Sequence record: JQ823123.1
Strand: one strand, 5' to 3'
From: Nonlabens phage P12024L
Length of the DNA stretch: 32,000 nt
A program made the position numbers and the translations under genes. The notes beneath the pieces were generated by a model. It made no database searches and had not been told where the DNA came from. It saw only the letters and a program-made list of their open reading frames with translations. This document shows positions 1 to 8,925 of this stretch, piece by piece. The number at the start of each line of letters is the position of its first letter. The first letter of the stretch is position 1.

Positions 1-1566
1 ATTGGCAGCCCGACAAACGCGGCTATTATAGACACTTACAGATCATTAACGTTCGGTAAAGGTTTAGCAGCTAAGAACGCATCTAGAAAGCCGTTAGAGT
101 GGGTAAAACTGCTTTCTATATTAGACAAAAAAGACTTAAAAAAGGTTGTTGAAGAGTTCCTTTTGCAAGGAAATGCAGCCTTTCAAGTGATTCAAAACAA
201 GCAAGGAAACGAGCCTGCAAAAATAAAGCATATCCCTGTTAAGACACTAGCTCCTCAAAAGGCAAATGAAGATGGAGAGGTAGAGGGTTACTGGTATTGC
301 ACAAGCTGGAAGGACTACAGAAAGGCAGAATTTGAGCCGCAATATTTTGAAAAGTGGACGCCTGACACAAAAGCTGCAATAAGCATCGTTTATATTAACG
401 ATTGTGAAAGTGATATAAATTATTATTCTTTACCTAAATATCAAAGCGGCTTGCAATATGCCGAAATGGAGGAAGAGGTAAGTAACTACTACATAAACCA
501 TATTAAGAATGGGTTTAGTTTTGGTTACGTTGTTAATATGAACAATGGTATTCCTGCCACCGAAGAAGACCGCTACGAAATAGAACAAAGAATTAAGAAC
601 CAATTAACTGGAAGCTCTAACGCTGGTAAAATGGTGATCAGCTTTAACAATGGTAAGGAAGCCGAAATTACAATAGTACCAATAGTAGGGAATAGCAGCC
701 ATAAGCAATGGGAAACGGTTAACAAAGAAGCAGAAGAGAAACTTATGCGTTCTCATAGAGTTGTTAGCCCTATGCTATTTGGAATTAAGAATAATACAGG
801 CTTAGGCAATAATGCAGACGAATTAGACACGGCACTTAAGCTGACTATGGACATGGTTATAAACCCTATTCAATACTTTATACTGGACTTTATTGATCCA
901 GTATTGCAAGCAGCTGGGGTTAATTTAGATTTATACTTTAAGCCTATTAATGAACAGGAGCAGCAAGAGCAAGCCGAAGAGCCACAGCAAGCTGTAACAG
1001 AATTAAGTGAGACCGAACCAAACCCTAGCCAGTTCTTAATCGACTTAGGCGAGGAGGAGCCTAACGCAGATGAATGGGAGTTGATTACAGAAGAAACGAT
1101 AAAGGGAAGACCTTTACAAGATGCAGCATTACAATTAGCAGCGTTACCTAGCACACCTCGAAATAAGAGTGATCAGGACAACGACTTATTTAAAGTAAGA
1201 TATGTTTATGCAGGAAATAAAACGGGACAACGTCAATTTTGCAAAGATATGTTAGCGGCTAAAAAGGTTTATAGATTTGAAGATATAGACGCTGCAAAAA
1301 ATAAAATAGTACAAGCTGGAATGGGTCCTAATGGAGCTGATACTTATGATGTCTGGCTTTGGAAAGGCGGCGTTAATTGCAAGCATTTTTGGGAACGTAG
1401 AGTGTATTTAAGAAAAAACAATAAACGTATTTCAGTTAATGAAGCAAGGCGTAGAATTTTAGATTTAGATCCTAGCGATAGAGCAGAATTTAGATTACCT
1501 GAAAATGACAAAAAAGTAGCTAAACGCCCTCATGATATGCCTAGAGGTGGCAGGTTACCGAAATAA
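1..1566 (+). CDS. Phage portal protein (5' end outside the window), with a Cys/His-containing C-terminal extension
   Basis: Frame 1 is open from base 1 (GSPTNAAIIDTYRSLTFGKGLAAKNASRKPLEWVKLL...) and continues into the tracked 467-aa ORF. Bacteroidetes-type portal features: YYSLPKYQSGLQYAEMEEEVSNYYINHIKNGF and GKMVISFNNG. Confidence 0.8.
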   Translation: MGSPTNAAIIDTYRSLTFGKGLAAKNASRKPLEWVKLLSILDKKDLKKVVEEFLLQGNAAFQVIQNKQGNEPAKIKHIPVKTLAPQKANEDGEVEGYWYCTSWKDYRKAEFEPQYFEKWTPDTKAAISIVYINDCESDINYYSLPKYQSGLQYAEMEEEVSNYYINHIKNGFSFGYVVNMNNGIPATEEDRYEIEQRIKNQLTGSSNAGKMVISFNNGKEAEITIVPIVGNSSHKQWETVNKEAEEKLMRSHRVVSPMLFGIKNNTGLGNNADELDTALKLTMDMVINPIQYFILDFIDPVLQAAGVNLDLYFKPINEQEQQEQAEEPQQAVTELSETEPNPSQFLIDLGEEEPNADEWELITEETIKGRPLQDAALQLAALPSTPRNKSDQDNDLFKVRYVYAGNKTGQRQFCKDMLAAKKVYRFEDIDAAKNKIVQAGMGPNGADTYDVWLWKGGVNCKHFWERRVYLRKNNKRISVNEARRRILDLDPSDRAEFRLPENDKKVAKRPHDMPRGGRLPK

Positions 1567-1570
1567 AATT

Positions 1571-1600
1571 AAAACCCCTATCTAATTGGTAGGGGTTTTT
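1571..1600. terminator. Bidirectional rho-independent terminator between convergent genes
   Basis: AAAACCCCTA-TCTAATTGG-TAGGGGTTTTT: perfect 10-bp stem with T and A tracts, between the portal stop (1566) and the minus gene stop (1602). Confidence 0.85.
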
Positions 1601-1601
1601 G

Positions 1602-1844
1602 TTATTCACAATCGTAAGTTTTAACGACCTTTGTTTTTGGTTTACTACTAAGTCTAGTTTTTTTTCTATCCATTTCAATTAGTAATTCAGCATCTTCAAT
1701 AGTTTTGTGAGTGTTGCACTCACGACCATTTTCATCTAGTATCTCAAACCAAAAAGGAAAATACCACAAACGTTTTTGTACCTCAAGACCTAAATATTTA
1801 TCTTTCACTATTCTGTACTGCCTTTTGCAAAATTTCATATTCAT
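1602..1844 (-). CDS. Small hypothetical protein (80 aa from the internal Met), antisense insert in the plus operon
   Basis: Tracked ORF 1602..1871. A minus-strand -7 box TATATTTG lies at 1861-1868, so the start at MNMKFCKRQYRIVKDKYLG is preferred. Confidence 0.6.
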   Translation of the reverse strand: MNMKFCKRQYRIVKDKYLGLEVQKRLWYFPFWFEILDENGRECNTHKTIEDAELLIEMDRKKTRLSSKPKTKVVKTYDCE

Positions 1845-1890
1845 GTTTTTAAATTTAAAACAAATATACAACTTTTTCCGTTAATATAAC

Positions 1891-2445
1891 ATGGCAGATC
1901 AAGCATTATTTATAACACCCGCGGAACTAGTTAAAAACACGCCTATCGGTGGTAATGTCGATAAGGATCGTTATACGTTTCTAATTTATGAAAAGCAACG
2001 CTTTCTAATTGAAGATATTCTAGGAACAGCACTATATGATAAGATTGCAGCGGATATACTCGCAGGCACACCCTTAACAGGTCATTATTTAACGATTCAT
2101 GTAGAGTATTTAAAGTCTATTCTATATGCTGCGGTGTTTGCTGAATACGTCTTAATGGGTCAATACAACGTTCAAGATTCAGGGATATACAAAGCAACGC
2201 CAAACAATAGCGAAAGCGCTCCAGTTGATGAAGTTAGGTTTCTAGCTGCTAATTACGAAGCAAGAGCAGACGTATGGATTGGGCGTTTAAACAAGTATCT
2301 ATGCGATAAAGGGAATGAGATTCCTGAATATAGAGATAGCCAGCCTAATGACTACGATCAGAAACCGCAAAGAGATGTGAATATGGTCGGAGGTTTCTAT
2401 TTACCTACTAAGCGAGTTAAGAAGTGGTACTATGAGGATATTTAG
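1891..2445 (+). CDS. Head-tail connector/adaptor-like protein (DUF6712-like)
   Basis: 184-aa ORF (FITPAELVKNTPIGGNVDKDRYTFLIYEKQRFLIEDILGTALYDKI), typical of Bacteroidetes phages, soon after the portal. Confidence 0.6.
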   Translation: MADQALFITPAELVKNTPIGGNVDKDRYTFLIYEKQRFLIEDILGTALYDKIAADILAGTPLTGHYLTIHVEYLKSILYAAVFAEYVLMGQYNVQDSGIYKATPNNSESAPVDEVRFLAANYEARADVWIGRLNKYLCDKGNEIPEYRDSQPNDYDQKPQRDVNMVGGFYLPTKRVKKWYYEDI

Positions 2446-3031
2446 GGGGCGCTTAGAACCATGCAAAGACAATTTAGGCGGTATAAAAGAAGTTTATTTG
2501 TTTTCGTATGATTACGATAAGGCAAAGTTAGCAACTGGCAAGCGTGGTGTATCAATTACTAGCTACCCTAGCACCATCATTTTCAAATATGATGTTAAGG
2601 ACGGTAATTTTACAGAAAATAGGAGTGATGAGTTAGGCGATTGGTCGCAAGATTTGAGCTTCACACTACCAAATCAAAACGCATTAGATTCTTTTGAGAT
2701 TGAAAAATTGATGAGATTAGAATTAGGCGTTATTATTTTAGAGTGGAGTGGTGTTTATAGGCTTATTGGCGCTGAAAACGGTTGCAATATTGATAGTTCA
2801 AAGGTTTCAAGCGGTGGAGGTCATGCAGACTTTAACGGTTACAATATAGCAATAAGCGGAAAAGAGAGATATAAGTCACCTCAAATAATAGACTTTGCAA
2901 ATAGTGGGTTTACGGATAACGAGATTGCAATTTTAGCGAATAGATTTAACAATAGAGTAATACAGGATAGTGGAGAATTTGAAAGTAAACAATGCCTTTT
3001 TGAAACACTAGAAGAAATGGATATATTATGA
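2432..3031 (+). CDS. Conserved phage structural protein, unknown function
   Basis: 199-aa ORF overlapping both neighbouring ORFs. Confidence 0.6.
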   Translation: MRIFRGRLEPCKDNLGGIKEVYLFSYDYDKAKLATGKRGVSITSYPSTIIFKYDVKDGNFTENRSDELGDWSQDLSFTLPNQNALDSFEIEKLMRLELGVIILEWSGVYRLIGAENGCNIDSSKVSSGGGHADFNGYNIAISGKERYKSPQIIDFANSGFTDNEIAILANRFNNRVIQDSGEFESKQCLFETLEEMDIL

Positions 3032-4626
3032 GCTTAGAAAATACAAAATTACTAATAACGCCAAACGGTTACAAAGCTGGTAAGTTGTATAGTGCCTTAC
3101 CAGAAAGCGGGGCGGGCGATTCTATATTTGAAAGAGCAACAACGGCAACGCGTGTAAATGCTGATGGGCTTATAGAGGAGGTCGGTTTAAACGTTCCTAG
3201 AGTTGATTACCCTGTATTGGGTGGATGCCCTAGTTTATTGTTAGAACCGCAAAGGACTAATTTGCTTAGTTATAGTGAGGAGTTTGACAATTCGATTTGG
3301 ATTAAATCTAATGCAATAATTGATCCTAATGCCACAACTGCGCCTGATGGCACATTGACTGCTGATAAACTAGTTGAGTCAGTAGGTACAAATAATAAAC
3401 AGATTTTTCAACTTCTATCATCATCAAATAAAGTATTTACCTTTTCTGTTTTTGCAAAAAAAGGAGAGCGTGATATATTGCAAATAGTGTTAGGTGGATC
3501 AGCTTTTGAAGAAGGTGCAGTTTTTGCAAATTTTGATTTAACAAATGCAACTATACCGCTAGGTGTTTTTTTAAATGCTTATATAATTTCTTTTAACGAT
3601 GATTGGTATAAATGTACTATTAGTGCAACACCATTAGCAGCTGCAACAATAAGTGTATCTTTACAACCAAAACCATTGACAACATCTACAAGAGCTCAAT
3701 TCTATCAAGGCGATGGTACAAGCGGTGTTTTTATATGGGGCGCACAAATAGAAGAAGGCACACAAGCAAGTTCCTACATACCAACAGTAGCAAGTTCGGT
3801 AACACGCAACACAGACGTTTTAAGCAACAATATGATCGCCACGGTAGATAGTACCTATACCGCTTTATTAGACGTAAGCGCAAGCGATAGCAGACTTAAA
3901 ATAGAAGGTGGCACTACTGGTTTTGATTTGCCATTAAACGGATCAGGAAGGATAGTTATGGTCGTGGATAGTGATATCAAATTCTATTTTCCAGACAACG
4001 GACAAGCTACAACGGTGCTGACCTATGCAAAGCCTAGCGATTTGCGTAATATAGATGTATTAAGCAAAATTAACGAGACTAAAATAAAAGTAATAGCCGT
4101 AGAAAATGGTGTTGCTTTGCAGTCACGCATAAATAGTTGGGTCAGTGGCATTGTTAGTAGTTACTTTATTGATACGGATTGGAGTTTAGAAGCTAGTTTT
4201 ACGGTTGAGTTTAGGAATAGCGATTGGGATTATTTCCCGTTGATTAATACAAGCAATGGTACTAGTTTTCAAGCTGCATGGTTTAACAACAGCTTAACGT
4301 CATTTCCTAGATTAAACATGGACAAAGGAACTAGTTTTGCAGATGCATGGCGAGATAACAACCTAATAACATGGCTACCCAACTATTTTGATACTTGCGT
4401 AGGTACTAATTTTGATAGAGCATGGTTAATAAACGCAATAGACCAGACAGGAGTAGATAATATTCTAGTAAGTATTAACACTGCAAGGCTTGCAGGAGTG
4501 CAAACTGGCACAACCAAAGTAATAGGGCTTAATGGTGGCACAAACGCAACACCGAGCGCAACGGGGCAAGCTGCAACGGATGCACTACGAGCAGATGGAT
4601 GGACAGTAAACTTAAACGGATATTAA
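3028..4626 (+). CDS. Modular tail/adhesin protein: CBM-like N-terminal domain plus BspA/DUF285-like C-terminal repeats
   Basis: LLLEPQRTNLLSYSEEFDNSIWIKS...FQGDGTSG-type ligand-binding segment; C-terminal repeated TSFQAAWFNNSLTSFPRLNMDKGTSFADAWRDNNLITW units. Confidence 0.6.
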   Translation: MSLENTKLLITPNGYKAGKLYSALPESGAGDSIFERATTATRVNADGLIEEVGLNVPRVDYPVLGGCPSLLLEPQRTNLLSYSEEFDNSIWIKSNAIIDPNATTAPDGTLTADKLVESVGTNNKQIFQLLSSSNKVFTFSVFAKKGERDILQIVLGGSAFEEGAVFANFDLTNATIPLGVFLNAYIISFNDDWYKCTISATPLAAATISVSLQPKPLTTSTRAQFYQGDGTSGVFIWGAQIEEGTQASSYIPTVASSVTRNTDVLSNNMIATVDSTYTALLDVSASDSRLKIEGGTTGFDLPLNGSGRIVMVVDSDIKFYFPDNGQATTVLTYAKPSDLRNIDVLSKINETKIKVIAVENGVALQSRINSWVSGIVSSYFIDTDWSLEASFTVEFRNSDWDYFPLINTSNGTSFQAAWFNNSLTSFPRLNMDKGTSFADAWRDNNLITWLPNYFDTCVGTNFDRAWLINAIDQTGVDNILVSINTARLAGVQTGTTKVIGLNGGTNATPSATGQAATDALRADGWTVNLNGY

Positions 4627-4627
4627 A

Positions 4628-4930
4628 ATGAATATATACCAATTAAAATATACAGACAAGCAAGCAGCTATCTTTGACCTAATGGACAAAGGGGTACTTT
4701 TAAAGAAGCTAGCATACGAGGACGAGCCGCTAAGAGTAACACCCAACACCGAGATCACAAAAGCGGTGGTTTGGATAGGGCAAATAGTAGACGTACCTGC
4801 AACCGAGGATACAGAAGCTACCTATATAGATGGCTATCACGTAGACGTAATGCTAACAGAAACTAGAGATTTTGGAAGTGCTGAAACATTGCCGAAAACT
4901 CCAGCACATAAATTTGCTGTGAAACAATGA
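4628..4930 (+). CDS. Hypothetical phage protein
   Basis: 100-aa ORF directly after the adhesin gene. Confidence 0.55.
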   Translation: MNIYQLKYTDKQAAIFDLMDKGVLLKKLAYEDEPLRVTPNTEITKAVVWIGQIVDVPATEDTEATYIDGYHVDVMLTETRDFGSAETLPKTPAHKFAVKQ

Positions 4931-4940
4931 AAGTAATAGT

Positions 4941-5084
4941 GTGTATTGCTTATATAATATAGATTGTGGCGAAAACATAATATTTGAAAGATGCAAATGG
5001 ATGCAATGGACTGGCTTGAATTATTTCTGGCATTGGTTAAGATTAAAACAACCAAAAAATGATTTACCAATAGAAATTAAATAA
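4941..5084 (+). CDS. Candidate 47-aa protein with a GTG start, not in the supplied track
   Basis: GTG start: MYCLYNIDCGENIIFERCKWMQWTGLNYFWHWLRLKQPKNDLPIEIK*. It fills an otherwise empty gap in a tightly packed operon. Confidence 0.4.
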   Translation: MYCLYNIDCGENIIFERCKWMQWTGLNYFWHWLRLKQPKNDLPIEIK

Positions 5085-5105
5085 ACGATTTGACGAGATA
5101 ATAAA

Positions 5106-5372
5106 ATGATTAAATTTTTGCAAGAGAACTGGGAAGTATTAGTAGGGCTTATAGGGTCAGTAACCGCATATTTCGGTGGTAAGAAGATACAACAACACAA
5201 CGAGAAGAAACTAGAAACAGACGCTTTAAAGTCAATGCAAGACGTTTATGATAGATTCATACAGCAAACAGATAGAAACTTCACAGAAATGCAAGAAGAA
5301 ATAAAAACACTTAAAGAACTTTTAAACAAATACATAAGTCAATGTAGTAAGTGTGAAAACAACAGACTATGA
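5106..5372 (+). CDS. Small membrane protein with N-terminal TM and coiled coil, lysis-module associated
   Basis: 88 aa; hydrophobic segment VLVGLIGSVTAYFGG followed by a charged helix; adjacent to the peptidase and holin. Confidence 0.5.
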   Translation: MIKFLQENWEVLVGLIGSVTAYFGGKKIQQHNEKKLETDALKSMQDVYDRFIQQTDRNFTEMQEEIKTLKELLNKYISQCSKCENNRL

Positions 5373-5791
5373 GATTAACTAAAAATTTTGTCTTAGATGA
5401 GTTTTTGTATAGTGATTTCTATGATACGGAACAACAACAAAGGGTTATGGAATCGTTTATAGATAACGAAAGTGAGCTATTAACTAACATTACGGAACTA
5501 GCTAAGAATCTACAAGTATTAAGAGATTACTTAAAACGTCCTATTCACATTAATATCGCTTACCGTCCTAAATGGTATGAACTTCTTAAAGGGCGTTCTG
5601 GCGGTTCTAAGCACGTTCTAGGAATGGCAGCAGATATAAGAGTAAAAGGTTTGTCAACTAGCAAGGTAAGGGCTGCAATAGAGTATTTAATTAGCATAGG
5701 TAAAATGAAACAAGGCGGAATAGGTAAGTATAACACATTTACTCATTTTGATATTAGAGGATATACTGCAAGGTGGGATTTTAGAAAATAA
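5369..5791 (+). CDS. Peptidase M15-family endolysin
   Basis: 140 aa; INIAYRPKWYELLKGRSGGSKHVLGMAADIRV...THFDIRG contains the SxHxxGxAxD and HxD zinc-ligand pattern. Confidence 0.85.
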   Translation: MRLTKNFVLDEFLYSDFYDTEQQQRVMESFIDNESELLTNITELAKNLQVLRDYLKRPIHINIAYRPKWYELLKGRSGGSKHVLGMAADIRVKGLSTSKVRAAIEYLISIGKMKQGGIGKYNTFTHFDIRGYTARWDFRK

Positions 5792-5793
5792 TT

Positions 5794-6270
5794 ATGAAAG
5801 ACAATCCAAAATTAAGAAAAAACGGAGGACCAGGGACTTTCTTTGGTAACCTGTGGAGAGCTGTTGTAAAAAATAACATTCCTTTAGGTGAAACTATTGT
5901 TGATGCTATTGATAAAAAAGATGTTGGTAAAATATTTGAATCTATTAGCAATGACAGTGAATTGACAGAATATCAAAAGGAAATACTACTAGCTAATTTA
6001 CAACAGGATGTTACTGAAATGGAAGAGGTAACAAAGCGTTGGCAGTCTGATATGTCATCTGATAGTTGGTGGAGTAAGAATATAAGACCTTTAAGCCTTG
6101 CTTTTTTAACAATATCACTATTCCTATATATTATATTAGATAGTGCCTTAGAAGAATTTAAAATAGATAAGGCGTGGATAGATTTATTATCTTCTTTATT
6201 ACTTTTAGTGTACGGTGGTTACTATGGAGCAAGGGCAGTTGAAAAGGTTGCTAAGATTAGAAAAAATTAA
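5794..6270 (+). CDS. Putative holin (multi-TM)
   Basis: 158 aa; IRPLSLAFLTISLFLYIILD and WIDLLSSLLLLVYGGYYGARAVEK hydrophobic segments. Confidence 0.65.
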   Translation: MKDNPKLRKNGGPGTFFGNLWRAVVKNNIPLGETIVDAIDKKDVGKIFESISNDSELTEYQKEILLANLQQDVTEMEEVTKRWQSDMSSDSWWSKNIRPLSLAFLTISLFLYIILDSALEEFKIDKAWIDLLSSLLLLVYGGYYGARAVEKVAKIRKN

Positions 6271-6304
6271 TTGCCGAAAAGCTTTTAAATTAATAAAATA
6301 GTTG

Positions 6305-6312
6305 TATATTTG
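6305..6312 (+). promoter_or_regulatory. Candidate Bacteroidetes-type -7 box TATATTTG
   Basis: Matches TAnnTTTG; the -33 element is weak. Confidence 0.5.
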
Positions 6313-6343
6313 CAACGTGTTTTTAATTGATTCTTTTGTATTT

Positions 6344-6375
6344 ACCCTATCTGATTAATTTCGGATAGGGTTTTT
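6344..6375 (+). terminator. Rho-independent terminator or attenuator
   Basis: ACCCTATC-TGATTAATTTCG-GATAGGGT followed by a T run. Confidence 0.75.
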
Positions 6376-6396
6376 ATTACACTAATACTTAATATT

Positions 6397-6549
6397 ATGC
6401 CAGATATATCAATGTGCCGCTCAACTGTTTGCAAAGCGCGGTTAAGCTGTTACAGATTCACAGCAACACCAAACGGACAATACCAATCATATTTTAACTT
6501 CACACCTAAAGACGACAACGGATGCGAGAACAAATTAGACCTAGACTAA
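6397..6549 (+). CDS. Small Cys-rich protein (50 aa), not in the supplied track
   Basis: MPDISMCRSTVCKARLSCYRFTATPNGQYQSYFNFTPKDDNGCENKLDLD*; overlaps the start of the next gene. Confidence 0.65.
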   Translation: MPDISMCRSTVCKARLSCYRFTATPNGQYQSYFNFTPKDDNGCENKLDLD

Positions 6550-7238
6550 GCGGCGGAAAATTAGCCGCTCACATTAACATTACTAAAAAAGAAAGCAGAA
6601 TACTAGAAATAGGCGACTTACATTGCCCTTTTGATTTAGATGCTTATCTTCAGCATTGCATTGATACCTACAACAACTATAATTGCAATCAAGTTGTGTT
6701 TATAGGAGATGTAATCGACTCGCATTATTCTAGCTACCACGAGACAGACCCTGATGGAATGGGTGGAGGAGATGAGTTAGACTTAGCTATAAAGAGACTA
6801 GGGCGTTATTACAAGGCTTTTCCTAACGCAGATGTATTGATAGGTAACCATGATAGGATTATAAGGCGTAAAGCGTTTACAGGCGGTATTCCTAAGCGGT
6901 GGATAAAGCCGTTTGCGGATGTGTTAGAAACGCCTAACTGGAACTTTACCGACAGAATAGTTTACAACGACGTTCAATATATTCATGGAGAAGCTGGAAC
7001 GGCTCGCACTAAATGTAAGGCGGATATGATGTCAACTGTTCAAGGTCATTTACATACTCAAATGTATGTAGATTGGTTTGTCGGTGCTAATTTTAAGATT
7101 TTTGGTAAGCAAATAGGCTGCGGAATAGATCATGATGCATACGCCCTAGCCTATGCTAAAAGAGGTAAGAAACCAGCGATTGGAGTTGGTGTAACTATTG
7201 GCGGTCATACTTCTTTTAATGTACCTATGGAACTTTAA
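6522..7238 (+). CDS. Calcineurin-like metallophosphoesterase
   Basis: 238 aa; GDLHCPF...FIGDVIDSHY...LIGNHDRII...HGEAG...QGHLHTQMY metallophosphatase motifs. Confidence 0.85.
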   Translation: MREQIRPRLSGGKLAAHINITKKESRILEIGDLHCPFDLDAYLQHCIDTYNNYNCNQVVFIGDVIDSHYSSYHETDPDGMGGGDELDLAIKRLGRYYKAFPNADVLIGNHDRIIRRKAFTGGIPKRWIKPFADVLETPNWNFTDRIVYNDVQYIHGEAGTARTKCKADMMSTVQGHLHTQMYVDWFVGANFKIFGKQIGCGIDHDAYALAYAKRGKKPAIGVGVTIGGHTSFNVPMEL

Positions 7239-7273
7239 CATTTTTTAATTAGCAACTTATTAATATTTTTTAC

Positions 7274-7281
7274 TATATTTG
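7274..7281 (+). promoter_or_regulatory. Candidate -7 box TATATTTG
   Basis: TAnnTTTG match about 30 nt upstream of the 7310 ATG. Confidence 0.5.
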
Positions 7282-7309
7282 CGTATCATTAATTTAAAAA
7301 GATACAATA

Positions 7310-7417
7310 ATGAAAACAAAAACAAAAGTAGTTAAGCTTGGGAGTGGTATTACAACCATTCAAACACTTAACAAAAACGGGAGTATAACAGTTGAAATAG
7401 GTAAGCCATGGAAATAA
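7310..7417 (+). CDS. 35-aa small ORF, not in the supplied track
   Basis: MKTKTKVVKLGSGITTIQTLNKNGSITVEIGKPWK*; overlaps the 7408 start and follows a candidate promoter. Confidence 0.5.
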   Translation: MKTKTKVVKLGSGITTIQTLNKNGSITVEIGKPWK

Positions 7418-7869
7418 AGAATGATATGGACTTGACCGATTTAAGAATCTTAATAGAAGATCATTTTAAATTAAACTTAAATACAAGGTCGAGAGAGATT
7501 GAGTACATCAACGCTAGGTGCTTGTATTATCACACCGCTATTAATTTACTAGGTTTTAACAAAAAGAAAGTAAGTTTAAGCGTTGGTTATGATAGGTTAA
7601 CTGTTATAAATAGTTTAAATAGATTTGAAGAATTATATATAAAGTATGATGAATTTAGATCGTGCTTTAAGAAAATTAAAATTAAACTAGGTCTGGAGAC
7701 AGAAAAACCTAAGTTAAAGACTCCAGATTTAAGCGATGAATTTAATGAAGTAGCTCATATTTTAAGAGACTTGACCGATGAGGAGATAAAAGAGTTTATT
7801 CCTCGTGTAGATATTTATAAAAAATCAGTAATGTATAACCGTAAAAAGAAAGAGGAATGGACAAGATAG
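7408..7869 (+). CDS. Hypothetical protein
   Basis: 153-aa ORF overlapping the ERF gene start. Confidence 0.55.
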   Translation: MEIKNDMDLTDLRILIEDHFKLNLNTRSREIEYINARCLYYHTAINLLGFNKKKVSLSVGYDRLTVINSLNRFEELYIKYDEFRSCFKKIKIKLGLETEKPKLKTPDLSDEFNEVAHILRDLTDEEIKEFIPRVDIYKKSVMYNRKKKEEWTR

Positions 7870-8351
7870 GAATAAGAGAAAAAATCTTTAATGCTAAAAA
7901 AGAAATAGGGCAAATTGCAAAAGACAGCACCAACCCTTTTTTTAAAAGCAAATATTTTGATGTTAACTCACTTTTGCAGCACGTAGAACCTATACTAGAC
8001 GATCATAGACTTTTATTATTGCAGCCTATAAAAGATGGGTATGTGTTTACGCAAATACTAGATATTGATTCCGATGAGTTGGTAGAATCTGGTGTAGCAC
8101 TTCCACAATTGACAGACCCTCAAAAATTAGGTAGTGCAATTACTTATTTTAGGAGGTACACTTTGCAGTCTCTTTTAGGCTTACAAGCAGAAGACGACGA
8201 CGGAAATAAAGCAGCAAAGCCGGCAATTAAAAAATTAGAGGTTTTAGATGAAACGCATCCTAAGTGGGATAAGGCTGTTGCAGCGTTAAAGGCTGGAGCG
8301 GTAACGATAGAACAACTTAAAAAGAGTTACCATGTCAAAGGAAAACTATAA
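7857..8351 (+). CDS. ERF-family single-strand annealing protein
   Basis: FNAKKEIGQIAKDSTNPFFKSKYFDVNSLLQHVEPIL...LPQLTDPQKLGSAITYFRRYTLQSLLGLQAEDDDGN. Confidence 0.85.
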   Translation: MDKIGIREKIFNAKKEIGQIAKDSTNPFFKSKYFDVNSLLQHVEPILDDHRLLLLQPIKDGYVFTQILDIDSDELVESGVALPQLTDPQKLGSAITYFRRYTLQSLLGLQAEDDDGNKAAKPAIKKLEVLDETHPKWDKAVAALKAGAVTIEQLKKSYHVKGKL

Positions 8352-8925
8352 GTTTAGATGCAGAGCCAGCGCACTAGGTAAGATCATGGGTGTGCGTGGC
8401 TTAGGTAAAACAGGTCAGGGATATGTAGAAGAATGGCTTAAAGAACAAATCTACGGCGTTCGTAAAGAGTTTACAAGCAAGTACACCGACAAAGGCAATA
8501 CAAACGAGGATATCGCTATTGATATGGCAGCAGCTTCAATAAACGAGCCAATGTTACTTAAAAACGATGAATGGTTTGAAAACGATTATATTCATGGAAC
8601 GCCTGACGTGGTTTTGCCTAAAATGATAATAGATGTTAAATGCAGTTGGGATGCTTTCAGTTTTCCTTTATTTGAAAAGGATTTGCCTAACAAAGATTAT
8701 TACTGGCAGTTACAGGCTTATATGTGGTTAACTGGTAAAAGTAAAGGAAAAGTTGTATATTGCCTAACAGAAACAGACCACGATAACCCTCAATATAAAG
8801 GCGTGCCTAATGAAAAGAAAGTAAAAGTTTTCGATGTGGCTTATGATGAATCTGCTATTGAAAAGATCAAAGAAAGAGTAAACGAGTGTAATGAATATTT
8901 AAAACAATTAACAAATGGAAATTAA
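8332..8925 (+). CDS. YqaJ-like/PD-(D/E)XK recombination exonuclease
   Basis: 197 aa; YIHGTPDVVLPKMIIDVKCSWD...YYWQLQAYMWLTG (E/D...D...ExK-like and QLQ). Confidence 0.75.
   Translation: MSKENYKFRCRASALGKIMGVRGLGKTGQGYVEEWLKEQIYGVRKEFTSKYTDKGNTNEDIAIDMAAASINEPMLLKNDEWFENDYIHGTPDVVLPKMIIDVKCSWDAFSFPLFEKDLPNKDYYWQLQAYMWLTGKSKGKVVYCLTETDHDNPQYKGVPNEKKVKVFDVAYDESAIEKIKERVNECNEYLKQLTNGN

Noticed and set aside
870-1154. Tracked 94-aa minus ORF inside the portal
   Set aside because: Ser/Cys-rich shadow ORF opposite a well-supported portal coding region.
4837-5070. Tracked 77-aa minus ORF
   Set aside because: Antisense to a plus ORF end and to the candidate 4941-5084 ORF; no promoter or protein-like pattern.
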